Source of the DNA: a virus
Strand: one strand, 5' to 3'
IMG/VR virus record: IMGVR_UViG_3300042197_001567
Coordinates: 27,095 to 91,094 of that record
Length of the DNA: 64,000 nucleotides
Shown: in pieces, positions 9,427-19,936 of the stretch
Layout of the letters: every line of letters begins with the position of its first letter
Numbering within the stretch: the stretch's first letter is position 1
Position numbers and translations under genes: made by a program
Notes under the pieces: model-generated
Told to the model about the DNA's origin: nothing
What the model saw: only the letters and a program-made list of their open reading frames with translations
Databases searched by the model: none

Positions 9427-10176
9427 TCAATCTTTAAAAATTTCCTGTATCAAGTCTACGTATATTTTTTTATATCGTTTCATACAAATTCTAATTTCTT
9501 TTGTTGTTAAGTTTGTCATTTCACGTAATTCAAAAAGAATAACATTTTTATTGAACTTATTATTGTTTGATTCTGGTAATAAATTTTTATAATTATCAAA
9601 TAAATCTGAAATTGCTCTACCAAGTTTTTTTTCTTCTTCTGTTATTTTTTTATCGTTCATATTATCATAAAGTTTTTTTTTAAACTTTTTAATAATTTCT
9701 TCAGTCGATATTTCCTCTTCATCAATAAAATATATTAAATCCGGGTTGTTTTGAATATCAGAAGATATATCTTCGTATGAAACTTTTCTGTTCATTTCTT
9801 TCTGATCTTTCATTATTTGACCCATCAAATAATTTTTACATATAGTTCCAAAATATGAATAAGCCTTTTTTTCTTTCGAAGGTTTGAACTTATCAATTTT
9901 GGTCATCAAAAAAGAATGTGTATCATTATGAATCTCATTATAATTCATATCCTTCCTATACAATTTGTATCTTCTTATTATGGAAGATATCATTTTATCT
10001 AAAGGGTGCCTTAAAAATTCATTATATATTTTATTTTTATCTTCAAAAGAATCGGCGATTAAAAACTCTCTAACCGCCAATTCTTCTTTTTCCGCAAAAT
10101 AATTTGTATTATTAGGCTTTCTACCTTTCCTTTTCTTTGTCTCACAATCTAAACAATTCTCATCTTTTTGTAACAT
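9427..10176 (-). CDS. phage sigma factor, T4 gp55-like (late transcription)
   Basis: KFKPSKEKKAYSYFGTICKNYL resembles sigma region 2.3-2.4 as seen in gp55-like proteins; NYFAEKE N-terminal motif. Confidence 0.6.
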   Translation of the reverse strand: MLQKDENCLDCETKKRKGRKPNNTNYFAEKEELAVREFLIADSFEDKNKIYNEFLRHPLDKMISSIIRRYKLYRKDMNYNEIHNDTHSFLMTKIDKFKPSKEKKAYSYFGTICKNYLMGQIMKDQKEMNRKVSYEDISSDIQNNPDLIYFIDEEEISTEEIIKKFKKKLYDNMNDKKITEEEKKLGRAISDLFDNYKNLLPESNNNKFNKNVILFELREMTNLTTKEIRICMKRYKKIYVDLIQEIFKD

Positions 10177-10982
10177 TAAACAGTTTCGGGTTCATATTTT
10201 ATTTCTCTATCTTTTATGTAGAAATATTCTTTTTTTGCTGAATCAATCCAAAACTTTACCTCATCTTCAGACAAACGATCATCACCATTCTTATAGTTCC
10301 AAAAAATCGAACCAGTTCGAAGATTCATATGTTTATATCCGATTTTTGGGATTGTCATAATTTTAGTTGAGTTTTGAGTAAGTCTCAAAAACAATTCATA
10401 ACCAAAAGTTAATTTAATCGATGGTTTAAGCCCACCATTAATTAGAAAAGAATCTCTTTTTATAACCATTCCAGAAATTTGAAAATTTTGATAGGTCAAG
10501 AGAGTGTCATTGGATAAAATCCCAATATCTGAAGATATATTAGCTGCAAATGTTGCTTCGTTTGTAAATCCCACAAAAACACCTTTGTCATCAACATCAA
10601 CAACTACTGGTAAAAATGCATCATAATCTTGATATATACTCATATAATTTTTTACATTTTTAAACCAAATATTTGAGTACTCATCATCAAACTCTAAAAT
10701 ACTTACCCATTCGGAAGTTGCTTTTTCGACTCCAAGATTTACCTGGCTTGAGAAATTGGGCGATCCTTCATGTTCATAAATTTTTACATTGATACCTTCG
10801 AAATTAAATGACTCAACATAATTTTTAAAATTATCTTCGCCAGAATGAACGATAACTAATTCATTTACTTGTTCACTTTGGTTTTTTACCGACAAAATAC
10901 ATTTTTCGAAAAATTCATCAAAATCTGAAGTGTTTCTTGTCTTAATTGGTAATATTACTGATATTGTGTTCATGTGTTCCAT
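10176..10982 (-). CDS. glycosyltransferase family 2
   Basis: ISVILP, NLGVEKATSEWVSILEFDD (GT-A fold, DxD-like). Confidence 0.8.
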   Translation of the reverse strand: MEHMNTISVILPIKTRNTSDFDEFFEKCILSVKNQSEQVNELVIVHSGEDNFKNYVESFNFEGINVKIYEHEGSPNFSSQVNLGVEKATSEWVSILEFDDEYSNIWFKNVKNYMSIYQDYDAFLPVVVDVDDKGVFVGFTNEATFAANISSDIGILSNDTLLTYQNFQISGMVIKRDSFLINGGLKPSIKLTFGYELFLRLTQNSTKIMTIPKIGYKHMNLRTGSIFWNYKNGDDRLSEDEVKFWIDSAKKEYFYIKDREIKYEPETV

Positions 10983-10983
10983 A

Positions 10984-12045
10984 TTATTGTATAGTTTCTA
11001 ATTTATTTAATTGATCCTCAAATGAAGCGGATCTTTTGTCAAAGATTTCTGAAAAAACTTCAACAACATTTTTTTGAAATTTCTCATAGCTGCTATATTC
11101 AGATGATGTTGTTTCCATACTAGAATACAACTCTGGATTAATATTATCTTCTAACCAGTTTTGTACAAAATCAGCAACAACATCAACAACAGAGTTTTTA
11201 TTAACTAACCATAATCCGTTGTCTTCGTTTAACCAGTTTGGTTGTACATAAGGTAAAACACCAATTACCGGGATACCCATTTTCATAGACTCCAACGGAA
11301 ATGTACCAAAACTACTTGTTGGGTCTATCCAGATAGAAACAAAACTATCTTTCATTGCCTCACTGAATTGTTTTTCGGTTAACCCTCTCAAATCTCTGAA
11401 AGTAATCCACCGATATTGTGGAAACCTTGCGTAAAATTCTTTAATTATATTGGCAGTATCACGTTGATCCCTAGTGTGCATTGAGATTATTGTTTTTGCA
11501 GGAGTTTCACTTTTCTGAAAACATTCTGATATAACAGGATTGATAATATCAAAAGATACTTTTCTCATAATTTTTTCAATGTGTGATTTTTGACTTTCGG
11601 ATGTTGTAATACATTTGAAAAAACCTAACTGTGACCAGGTTTGTCCAGGTTGTAATGTTTCGAACATGTGATCATATGCTTGAGTTAAAACAATTTTTCC
11701 ACACGGAAGATTTTTTACTTGTTCCATAATATATCCAAATATTTCAGGAACAATAAGTAAATCATCTGGAGATATTTCAAGATTACCTTCATCTATTGAT
11801 TTGTGAGGTAAAGTGTCCATATAATAAGACCCTAACCATTCACCAACACCAATATATTCTTTTGTTTCATGTAGGATAATTGGATTATATCCATTTTCTT
11901 TTAATGTTAGAGCCATTTGATATGTGTGTCTAACAGATGCTCTAGCATTTCCTTTTGTGTCTTGGACTACAAAGTAAATTCTAGATCTTTTGTCTTTCAT
12001 ATTAGAAATTGATTTTTCTAACTTCTTGATTTGTTCTGTATTCAT
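10984..12045 (-). CDS. glycosyltransferase, GT-B fold (GT4-like)
   Basis: SFGTFPLESMKMGIPVIG matches the E(x7)E/GxPV GT4 motif; DLLIVPE. Confidence 0.75.
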   Translation of the reverse strand: MNTEQIKKLEKSISNMKDKRSRIYFVVQDTKGNARASVRHTYQMALTLKENGYNPIILHETKEYIGVGEWLGSYYMDTLPHKSIDEGNLEISPDDLLIVPEIFGYIMEQVKNLPCGKIVLTQAYDHMFETLQPGQTWSQLGFFKCITTSESQKSHIEKIMRKVSFDIINPVISECFQKSETPAKTIISMHTRDQRDTANIIKEFYARFPQYRWITFRDLRGLTEKQFSEAMKDSFVSIWIDPTSSFGTFPLESMKMGIPVIGVLPYVQPNWLNEDNGLWLVNKNSVVDVVADFVQNWLEDNINPELYSSMETTSSEYSSYEKFQKNVVEVFSEIFDKRSASFEDQLNKLETIQ

Positions 12046-12053
12046 ATTTTATA

Positions 12054-12353
12054 TTATAATTTGTTTATTATTTCTTTCATTAAAAGTGAATTAAATGCAA
12101 TCTTAAATGGGATTGTTAATTCGCTGTTATTTGGTCCTAACTTTTCATCAACATCGTGTGATTCTGTCAATACAGTTTCTAAAAGGTTTTTTATTAATTC
12201 ATATTTAACTAAATGAATTTGTGCTTCTTCTTTAGGTTCTGTATTTTCCATTTCTACATCCTCGATTTCTGACTCAATCGGAACTTTAATTTGTACGTAT
12301 TCATCAATTCTATCGATGTCAACATAGTAAGTTTCATTAAATATTTTAAACAT
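12054..12353 (-). CDS. hypothetical protein, 99 aa
   Basis: ORF coupled within the operon. Confidence 0.65.
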   Translation of the reverse strand: MFKIFNETYYVDIDRIDEYVQIKVPIESEIEDVEMENTEPKEEAQIHLVKYELIKNLLETVLTESHDVDEKLGPNNSELTIPFKIAFNSLLMKEIINKL

Positions 12354-13011
12354 AACTTTTTGATATTTTTTCTAATGATAATTTAAATTCTGATAAAGTG
12401 GATATTTTATGATCACATTGAACATCTTTATTATATGCAGTTTCAAATTTAATTACGGTTTTATTGTTCGGGACGTTGTTTAGTAAAGAAGGATTGGCCG
12501 TTAGCAATACATCAACTTCATCCCACATTTGATTTTTAGTTATTTCACTATAGAATAAAATTTTTTCAATCAAACAACCAAACTTACTTAAGAAAAATAA
12601 AGATGCCGGTTTTGATTTACCAATCTCGTCTGACACTATAAGTAAATTATATTCATCTCGTAAGTCATAATAAATTTCATTTAGTAAATTAAATGTATTC
12701 ATTTCTGTTGATGGTGCATGTCCGAATAATTCCATAGTATATTCTTCATACATAAAACTATATAATTCATCTTTGTCTTGAAACTTGTAATGATTCATAA
12801 GATCTAAAGAATTGACATCACTAATAATACCATATTCGAATGAATTTGTGTTATAAGTTTCCTCTGTGTTCCCAGAATAATCCATATTGTACGTTCTACC
12901 TAAAAACATTTCGTGATCAACGTCGACCAAATGTTTTTCGTAAAGTTGTTTAAATTTTTCTAAAGTGTCTCTTAACACACCATTAATTTCAATCCCTATT
13001 CTCATCGTCAT
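12346..13011 (-). CDS. HAD-fold 5'(3')-deoxyribonucleotidase-like protein with degenerate active site
   Basis: MRIGIEINGVLRD aligns with the NT5C motif IxIDxDGVLxD; TAYN near the C-terminus. Confidence 0.6.
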   Translation of the reverse strand: MTMRIGIEINGVLRDTLEKFKQLYEKHLVDVDHEMFLGRTYNMDYSGNTEETYNTNSFEYGIISDVNSLDLMNHYKFQDKDELYSFMYEEYTMELFGHAPSTEMNTFNLLNEIYYDLRDEYNLLIVSDEIGKSKPASLFFLSKFGCLIEKILFYSEITKNQMWDEVDVLLTANPSLLNNVPNNKTVIKFETAYNKDVQCDHKISTLSEFKLSLEKISKSYV

Positions 13012-13726
13012 ATTTTTTTAGTATTTTACCGATTAATGGATTTCTAACATTTTTGGCGTTTCCAAAATCATATATCCCAACGTCATCAACATTTTTAAAT
13101 CTTTGAATTGCGTCGTACAATCCGGATTGTTTTTTGTCTTTATATCTATCGGTTTGCTCAAGATCACCAGAAATAAAAAACTTACTGTTGAACCCAATTC
13201 TGGTTAATAATAGTTTCATCTGATTTGGTGTTGAGTTTTGTGATTCTTCAAATATCAAAATAGAATTGTCGATATTCATACCTCTCATGTATGCTAAAGC
13301 AAACACCTCAATAATTTCAGCGTCTTTTAATTTTTCTCTTGCTTCTTTTCCGATAATTTTATTTAACAAATAATATGATGGAAAAATATACGGGTCTAAT
13401 TTTTCTTCTAAATTTCCAGGGAGAGACCCAAGTTTTTCTTCCGCCTCAACTGCTGGTCTAACAATGATAATTTTTTCATAAGAATTTTCGGGATCCATAA
13501 GTAAATCAACAGCCGCTTTCATTGCAATATAGGATTTACCAACACCGGCAGGTCCTGAAGCTATTGTAATTTGATTTGACTTTAATATCTTATAATATTC
13601 TTCTTGTTCTTCAGATAAAAATTTATTTCTTTGTTTTCTTTTAATTATAGTGTTAATGAAATCTTTTTTAGAAAGAAGAGGTGTTGGTTCTTCTTTCACT
13701 GGGGTTTGTTTTTTTCTTGTTGTCAT
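12989..13726 (-). CDS. phoH: PhoH family ATPase
   Basis: GPAGVGKS, RPAVEAEEKLGSLPG, LAYMRG, EESQN, LLTRIG, GDLEQTD. Confidence 0.95.
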   Translation of the reverse strand: MTTRKKQTPVKEEPTPLLSKKDFINTIIKRKQRNKFLSEEQEEYYKILKSNQITIASGPAGVGKSYIAMKAAVDLLMDPENSYEKIIIVRPAVEAEEKLGSLPGNLEEKLDPYIFPSYYLLNKIIGKEAREKLKDAEIIEVFALAYMRGMNIDNSILIFEESQNSTPNQMKLLLTRIGFNSKFFISGDLEQTDRYKDKKQSGLYDAIQRFKNVDDVGIYDFGNAKNVRNPLIGKILKKYDDENRD

Positions 13727-14172
13727 TAAGTTGCAAATCTTTTTTTAGATTCCTGTTTATAGATTTCTTGTCTTAAAGATGATGTTGAAAAATGATGGTC
13801 TCTTCTATTATAAATGACTTTAATTCCTCTTTTTTGACATATATCTTTTGCCGTAAAATCTTGGTTCTTATAGTCCTCACCTATGATTCTAACATCTAGA
13901 TCCAGTGCGGAAAATAATGTCTCTAACTCTTCTTCAGTTGAATATGGTATAATTTTGTCAACATAATTAACCGCATCGAGTTGTATATATCTCTCAACTA
14001 AAGATTGTATTGGTTTATTTTTTTCGGGTCTGTCTATTGTTGGGTCAACTTGTAATGCACAAATTAAAAAATCACAATATTTTTTACATTCCTCTAACAT
14101 TATAATATGTCCAGTATGTAATAAGTCAAATGTACTACAAGTAATACCAATTATTTTATTTTCTATTTTCAT
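13726..14172 (-). CDS. tagD: glycerol-3-phosphate cytidylyltransferase-like (TagD family)
   Basis: TFDLLHTGH (HxGH), ERYIQL, GEDY, STSSLR. Confidence 0.8.
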   Translation of the reverse strand: MKIENKIIGITCSTFDLLHTGHIIMLEECKKYCDFLICALQVDPTIDRPEKNKPIQSLVERYIQLDAVNYVDKIIPYSTEEELETLFSALDLDVRIIGEDYKNQDFTAKDICQKRGIKVIYNRRDHHFSTSSLRQEIYKQESKKRFAT

Positions 14173-14198
14173 AATATTAATCTATCACAAAAATAAAT

Positions 14199-15578
14199 TT
14201 AGTCCACATTAAAGATTAATAACATTTCATAGTTTTTAGGAAGATATTGATTATCTTCCGGTTTAATTGTTGTGTAAGTTATATTTTGTTTTTCTCTTTT
14301 AAATAAATCTTTTCCGTTCTTTACAACGTCCATAATATGTTCTTCGTTTACAAATTCTCCATTATTATACTCTTGGTGTGAAAAATTTTGAATTTTATTT
14401 TTAATAAAATTTACATCCCCAAAATATGAAAAATGCCAACCTCCTTTTTGTACCACACTTCCATCACCCATTCTAACTCTTTGAGGTGAGTTAATTGTTT
14501 TATAAGTTCCATAATTAATAACTTTTGGAAAATGCCAAACACCATTAAATTTACAAGTTAAATTATAATAATACATTTCCTGTCTCAATGTCATTAAAGA
14601 TTTTACCAATTTTTTAGCTTTAAGTTCTTTGATGGTATTTGTGTCTGGTATTTCATCAACATCGGTTATAAGAATAATGTCATCATCATTTAATGATAAT
14701 TGTTTAATACCTTTATCAATTGCATTTCTTTGTGTTGTTTCATTTGTCCAGGGGTTAGAATGGTTAAGTTCGTCCTCAACAATATGGATAATTTTATTAA
14801 GATATTTTTCATAACGTTCCTTATTTTCCTCAAAAAACAATGGCTTTTCTTTACCGACAAATGTTTTTGTGGACTCAACTAAAACAAATTTATCAACTAA
14901 ACCATCAAGTTCTTTCAATCTAAATTCTAACATATCAAACTCATTATAAAAAATAAAACAATCTATTATTTTTGTTTCACTTTCTTCTTTGATTTCTTGT
15001 TCTCCTTTGGTAAAGATAGAAGTCATACTATCATAATTAATTTTTTCGTCTTTTTTAAAAATCTCAATATTTTTCATTTGGTTTATTATATTGGATAGGG
15101 AAGGTAAAGTTTCACTTTTAGTTAAAATCTGGTAAGGAGTGACCTTTGAATCGATATATTCTTCTCTAAAGGATGTATGAAGATCCTCAATCACATAAAA
15201 TCCAGAATTTTTTAATTTTGGCCAAAGGATCTCTAATGATTTTAATTGGTGTGATGTCATATGACTACCGTCGTCAATGATAATATCGAAAAAATCATCT
15301 TGATATAATTTAGTTAAATTATCGTCCGCTTGTGAAATTTTTGTAAAATGAAATCTTTCGTGTTGAAAATTGATGTCGATAATATCGATGCAATATATTT
15401 CAGCGTTTTGAAAATAATCTAACCATGTTTTAATTGAATTTCCGGATAGAAATCCTATTTCTAATAGATTAATTTTTTCATTTCGTAAATTATTAAATTT
15501 AGAATCATAAAAATCTAGAAACTTATGATAAGTCGCTTTGTCAGTTTTGTAGGATAATCCTATTTCTTGTAGTGTCAT
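14199..15578 (-). CDS. fusion: class I SAM O-methyltransferase + GT17 (MGAT3-like) glycosyltransferase
   Basis: N-terminal TDK, LLEIG, IIIDDGSH, YVIEDL; C-terminal DCFIFYNEFDMLEFRL, QRN, DVDEIP, GGWHFSY. Confidence 0.85.
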   Translation of the reverse strand: MTLQEIGLSYKTDKATYHKFLDFYDSKFNNLRNEKINLLEIGFLSGNSIKTWLDYFQNAEIYCIDIIDINFQHERFHFTKISQADDNLTKLYQDDFFDIIIDDGSHMTSHQLKSLEILWPKLKNSGFYVIEDLHTSFREEYIDSKVTPYQILTKSETLPSLSNIINQMKNIEIFKKDEKINYDSMTSIFTKGEQEIKEESETKIIDCFIFYNEFDMLEFRLKELDGLVDKFVLVESTKTFVGKEKPLFFEENKERYEKYLNKIIHIVEDELNHSNPWTNETTQRNAIDKGIKQLSLNDDDIILITDVDEIPDTNTIKELKAKKLVKSLMTLRQEMYYYNLTCKFNGVWHFPKVINYGTYKTINSPQRVRMGDGSVVQKGGWHFSYFGDVNFIKNKIQNFSHQEYNNGEFVNEEHIMDVVKNGKDLFKREKQNITYTTIKPEDNQYLPKNYEMLLIFNVD

Positions 15579-16273
15579 ATTGTAATTTTTTTTCTGTTAT
15601 AAAATATGTGTGATGCTCGATATTCACAATCAACAATCACATTTTGTGGTACTTTAATATAACCATAATCATAAAAATCAAAAATATTTACCCAGAATTT
15701 TTCTGGTTGTTCATTACAATGATGGTAATGAGCTGAATTTGTGCCAGGGGGCTCAAAAGAAAACCAAATAATATCTGAATGGTCAACCAGTGTTTTAATT
15801 AAAGTGGCACTAAAAGGAGTTTCGATATGTTCAGCAACTTCAGTACAACAAACCATATCAAATCTTTTTTCTAGGTTTATTGGTAATCTTAAATCGTGTC
15901 TTTTTATAATTTCTGTTGATATACCTTTACTTATTGACGAATCATAACCACAAATAGAACCCTCAAGTGCAAAAATACCAATATTTCTATTTAAAAATTC
16001 TTTTGTAAACCATCCACCACCACAACCAACTTCTAATACCGAATTAAGATTTTTATTTGTTATTTTTTTGTAATAATTGATAACATGACCTACATATTTT
16101 TTTGTGACAATATAAGATACATGATCATGTTTAAAATAATTTTTTTCATAGAATGTGTCAATGTCAAATAATTCAAAGGAATTTGGGTGATCTTCATCAA
16201 ACCACCATTTTTGATTTTTACCAATCCACCCAATATCTTGACCGGATTCATTAAATACTTCTACTTTTTTCAT
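15575..16273 (-). CDS. class I SAM-dependent methyltransferase
   Basis: VLEVGCGGG, FDMVCCTEVAEHI, HHCNEQ. Confidence 0.85.
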   Translation of the reverse strand: MKKVEVFNESGQDIGWIGKNQKWWFDEDHPNSFELFDIDTFYEKNYFKHDHVSYIVTKKYVGHVINYYKKITNKNLNSVLEVGCGGGWFTKEFLNRNIGIFALEGSICGYDSSISKGISTEIIKRHDLRLPINLEKRFDMVCCTEVAEHIETPFSATLIKTLVDHSDIIWFSFEPPGTNSAHYHHCNEQPEKFWVNIFDFYDYGYIKVPQNVIVDCEYRASHIFYNRKKITI

Positions 16274-16274
16274 A

Positions 16275-16955
16275 TTATCTTTTTCTCCATTTATTCATAA
16301 ACACACGACCTAATCCATCAGTCATTTCATATTTCTTTCTTCCTTCAAGAAATCCATGACTTTTACTTAAAAGGTGTGTTACTTTTGATTTTGTAATAAG
16401 CGCGTGTTTAATATTGTTTTTCTTTAAACTTTGAGCATAATCATTGTCCTGATACCAAAATGTAAATTGTTCATCAAATCCACCAATTGTTTGAATTGCC
16501 GATTTATGAACCAATATTGACCAACCAGCAACTTCATATGAAGTTCTATACCCATAGTAAATGTCAGACTTTTTATCAAATGTTTGATGTCTGTGCCAAT
16601 CATCATCCATAGGTGACATAGATAAAATTTGATTGTCATGATTATGAGCAATCATCATTTCTTCTAAAAAGTTTTTGTGATATATTGTATCATTGTTGGA
16701 TATCAAAACCCAATCATTTTTACAATCCTTAAGTCCAATATTTAAAAATTTGTTGTAATTAAATTCTTCCTTTGGTTGTATTACTTTAACATTTGGTTGA
16801 TCATATTTGTATCCGTTAATCCAATCAGTTTCAATTAATAAAATATTAAATTTAATATCTTCAGAACTAGAGTTTAGACTATTAATACAGTCATTATTCA
16901 TTTTTAAAATTGAGTCGTCTTTTACATAACTCAAAATTATTACATCTACTACCAT
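16275..16955 (-). CDS. glycosyltransferase family 2
   Basis: VDVIILS, FNYNKFLNIG, SNND, GGFDEQF..WYQDND. Confidence 0.85.
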   Translation of the reverse strand: MVVDVIILSYVKDDSILKMNNDCINSLNSSSEDIKFNILLIETDWINGYKYDQPNVKVIQPKEEFNYNKFLNIGLKDCKNDWVLISNNDTIYHKNFLEEMMIAHNHDNQILSMSPMDDDWHRHQTFDKKSDIYYGYRTSYEVAGWSILVHKSAIQTIGGFDEQFTFWYQDNDYAQSLKKNNIKHALITKSKVTHLLSKSHGFLEGRKKYEMTDGLGRVFMNKWRKR

Positions 16956-17006
16956 CTTATTTATTATTATAAACGTGTTTTATTGTGTTGTAAATATATA
17001 AGTTTA

Positions 17007-17150
17007 TTATAAGGCCCTTTTTGTTGTCCAAACTATTATACGTTTACGTTCCAACTTAATTTTTAATTTTTCTTCTACCTGATTGCGAGTTAATAACTCA
17101 CCTTCAATGACCATAACATTTTTTTCTAATTTACTAATGGTTGGTTGCAT
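17007..17150 (-). CDS. possible small protein, 47 aa
   Basis: MQPTISKLEKNVMVIEGELL...TKRAL*; starts 1 nt after the upstream stop. Confidence 0.4.
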   Translation of the reverse strand: MQPTISKLEKNVMVIEGELLTRNQVEEKLKIKLERKRIIVWTTKRAL

Positions 17151-17151
17151 T

Positions 17152-18675
17152 TTATCTATTTCCATATAAATGTCTAATAACATTCATGACAAATTGTTGG
17201 TTTACTAATGGTGTTTCTGTTGGTGTTATTCCGTGTTTTCGTTTATAATGTTCTGTACCAACTCTAAAGTTTTCATTCCATTCCGGAGTTCTTGCAATTG
17301 TACTTTCCTGTATTGAGTTTGGAATATCGGTCAAGTAATCCCAACTTTTATCAATATCCGCAAAATACCAAAAAGGTGGGTGAAAATTATTTTTAATTGC
17401 TTGATAAGTGTGCTCAACATGTTCCCAAGCGTTTTTAAACATCGGATCAAATAAACCAATTTTATCTAATACTGATTTGTGATAGTACGAAAATGCACCA
17501 ACGCAATTAGGATATAAAACAACACTGACACCTTCTGGATATGGTACTACCATTCTTGGATTTGGTTCTCCATCAACATCTTTTCTATCTTCAAGAGTTG
17601 TAAAACCCGTGGATCCTTTTTTATTTGCTGGACCATGAAGTGCAAAATTTAAATGTTTTATCCCGGAAATAACTGAATGTCTTATGTATTGTTCAAAAAC
17701 TTTTTCGTTTTTAATTAATATGTCGTCTTCCATAAGAAATATGTGCTCACAACCTTGATCTAACAAATATTTCATTGCGGTATTTTTTGCTGCCCCAACA
17801 CATTGATTTGTTTCATGTTGAATGATGTGTGCTTGTTCTGGATATGATGAACTATCGTATGGAGTACCATCATTTACAATTACAAAGTTTTTCATCCACT
17901 TTGGTACTGTAAATGCAGATTGTTTGATTCTGTGTTCTGCTTTATATGTTGTCATCCCAATACCAACTTTAGAAATATCAAATTCCATTTTTTCTTCTAA
18001 AGTTTTATTGTTGGATAATCTTACGGGAAGATTATTCTTATATTTTTCTTCGAATTTTGTTTTATTTTGTTCCCACTGTTCGTTGGTCATGCCAACAGAT
18101 TTGTGAGTAACTCTAATTAAAGTTGTAACTCCAAGTTTAACCCCATTTAAGTAGTTTTCAAAACAAAATGGAATTTCATAAAAATGAAACCCTTTGAACT
18201 CTTCGTTGAAATTTGATTTTAATTTTGTTTTATCAACGGCAAAAAATAACCCGTCAAGAACAACAACTTCTTTAATTTTATTTCCTTGGTCAGGCGAATA
18301 TGTGTTAGTCCATTTTTTTCCTTCATGTTTGTGTGAAACGATTCCGGTCATTGATTCTTTCATTGTCCACCAACGACCATCAATTAAATCTGTGGTTCCT
18401 GCAATTCCAATTACACCGAATTCGGGGTTTTTAGAAAATAATTTTAATAATTTTTCACCCCAATTTTTTGTATCGAATTCAATATCGTCATGACAAAAAA
18501 CAACTATATCATTTTTCGACTCATTTAAAATTTCATTATAAACTTGTGCCAATCCTTTTTCACCATTATTTACCTTTTCGATAAATTCATAGTGTTTGTT
18601 TTTTCCACAAGAGCTTCTTAAATATTCTAAAAGTTGTGGATTATGTTGTCTAGTTGAGTATCCTAATGTTATCAT
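17152..18675 (-). CDS. tandem two-domain GT-A glycosyltransferase
   Basis: Domain 1 YN..VVFCHDD..GIAG..LDGLF..FHFY; domain 2 VNDG..GAAKN..FLMEDD..GLFD..EH. Confidence 0.8.
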   Translation of the reverse strand: MITLGYSTRQHNPQLLEYLRSSCGKNKHYEFIEKVNNGEKGLAQVYNEILNESKNDIVVFCHDDIEFDTKNWGEKLLKLFSKNPEFGVIGIAGTTDLIDGRWWTMKESMTGIVSHKHEGKKWTNTYSPDQGNKIKEVVVLDGLFFAVDKTKLKSNFNEEFKGFHFYEIPFCFENYLNGVKLGVTTLIRVTHKSVGMTNEQWEQNKTKFEEKYKNNLPVRLSNNKTLEEKMEFDISKVGIGMTTYKAEHRIKQSAFTVPKWMKNFVIVNDGTPYDSSSYPEQAHIIQHETNQCVGAAKNTAMKYLLDQGCEHIFLMEDDILIKNEKVFEQYIRHSVISGIKHLNFALHGPANKKGSTGFTTLEDRKDVDGEPNPRMVVPYPEGVSVVLYPNCVGAFSYYHKSVLDKIGLFDPMFKNAWEHVEHTYQAIKNNFHPPFWYFADIDKSWDYLTDIPNSIQESTIARTPEWNENFRVGTEHYKRKHGITPTETPLVNQQFVMNVIRHLYGNR

Positions 18676-19235
18676 ATGCCTGTACTTCCAAAACCTTTAT
18701 CGGACCTATCTTTATTTTTAATAGTTCCTACTTCTACTAGTCTAATCCACTTACCACAAACAACAGGAGATACGACCGCTTGAGCAATTTTTTGTCCTTT
18801 TTCTATTTTAACTTTTTGATTTGTAGTGTTGAATATAATTACTTGAATTTCACCAGTATAACCTTGATCTACAGTTCCTGGTGAATTTAAAACCATAAGA
18901 CCTTGTTTAAGTGCTAATCCACTTTTTGATCTTACTTGGATTTCATATCCGTCTGGAATATCTATGTGTAGTCCAGTCGGTACTAAAATCCTATCGAAAG
19001 GATGAACCCAGATATCTGTGGTTGAAAATAAATCAAAACCAGAATCCGTAGGATATGCATACTTTGGAGATGTTGCGTCTTCATTTGATTTAGAAAATTT
19101 AACGTCCATAGTTGGTTGATACGCAACCATCTCTTTTTCTAAAGAATCAATAGTAAAACCAAATCTTTCTTCAAAATTCTTAAACGAATTGTTTTCAAAA
19201 TCATCACTGAATAAATCTTCAATATTTTCTTCCAT
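18672..19235 (-). CDS. dut: dUTPase (trimeric)
   Basis: SGFDL, RSKSGLA, PGTVDQGYTGEI, IAQ, RSDKGFGSTG. Confidence 0.95.
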   Translation of the reverse strand: MEENIEDLFSDDFENNSFKNFEERFGFTIDSLEKEMVAYQPTMDVKFSKSNEDATSPKYAYPTDSGFDLFSTTDIWVHPFDRILVPTGLHIDIPDGYEIQVRSKSGLALKQGLMVLNSPGTVDQGYTGEIQVIIFNTTNQKVKIEKGQKIAQAVVSPVVCGKWIRLVEVGTIKNKDRSDKGFGSTGI

Positions 19236-19936
19236 TATTTTAAACTTTTTAATTTCATAATTGCGTCAATCAATACTTCAACATCTCTCTCACAGTATTC
19301 GGCAATTTCTTTTAATTTATTTTGTTCCCAGTAGGATTCGTGTACTTTACCACCAGTTACCTCACCATCTTTTGGTGTCGGTATATCCAAACAAGCACAC
19401 ATCAAATCTAATGAACCAATTGCGGTGTATGCCCCATATTGCCAAATTTCTTTTGTGTCAATTGCCTTTACCTCCCATGGTTTAGTATCGTAAGACGGAA
19501 GTATTTTAGATGGCATAATTCCATTTACAATCATACGTTTTGCTAACATAGGAATGTCAAAGTTTTTTAAATTATGACCGCAAAGGTAAAAGTCTAACTT
19601 ATGACAACGATTTAATAAATCTCGAACATCGGTTAACAATTTAACTTCGTCATCACCAGAAAACGTTTGTTTTTTTACTTCACCATTATCTAAAACAAAT
19701 GCCATTGACACACAAACAATTTTTGCAAACTCCGGAACTAATGCGGTTCGTTTTGCGAAAATCTGATCTAATGAAAGTTGCGAATCTTCAGGAAATCTTT
19801 TTTGAAACCAGTCGATATATTTAATGAATTGATCCGCCACTTTTGGATTACTGGTTTTACATGTTTCATAGTCCCTACAACCACCAACAGTTTCAATATC
19901 CAAAAATAAAATTTTTGTTAAAGGTATATTTATCAT
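19235..19936 (-). CDS. 3'-5' exonuclease, PolB-exo-like (DEDDy)
   Basis: FLDIETV, GHNLKNFDIP, YCERDV. Confidence 0.85.
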   Translation of the reverse strand: MINIPLTKILFLDIETVGGCRDYETCKTSNPKVADQFIKYIDWFQKRFPEDSQLSLDQIFAKRTALVPEFAKIVCVSMAFVLDNGEVKKQTFSGDDEVKLLTDVRDLLNRCHKLDFYLCGHNLKNFDIPMLAKRMIVNGIMPSKILPSYDTKPWEVKAIDTKEIWQYGAYTAIGSLDLMCACLDIPTPKDGEVTGGKVHESYWEQNKLKEIAEYCERDVEVLIDAIMKLKSLK

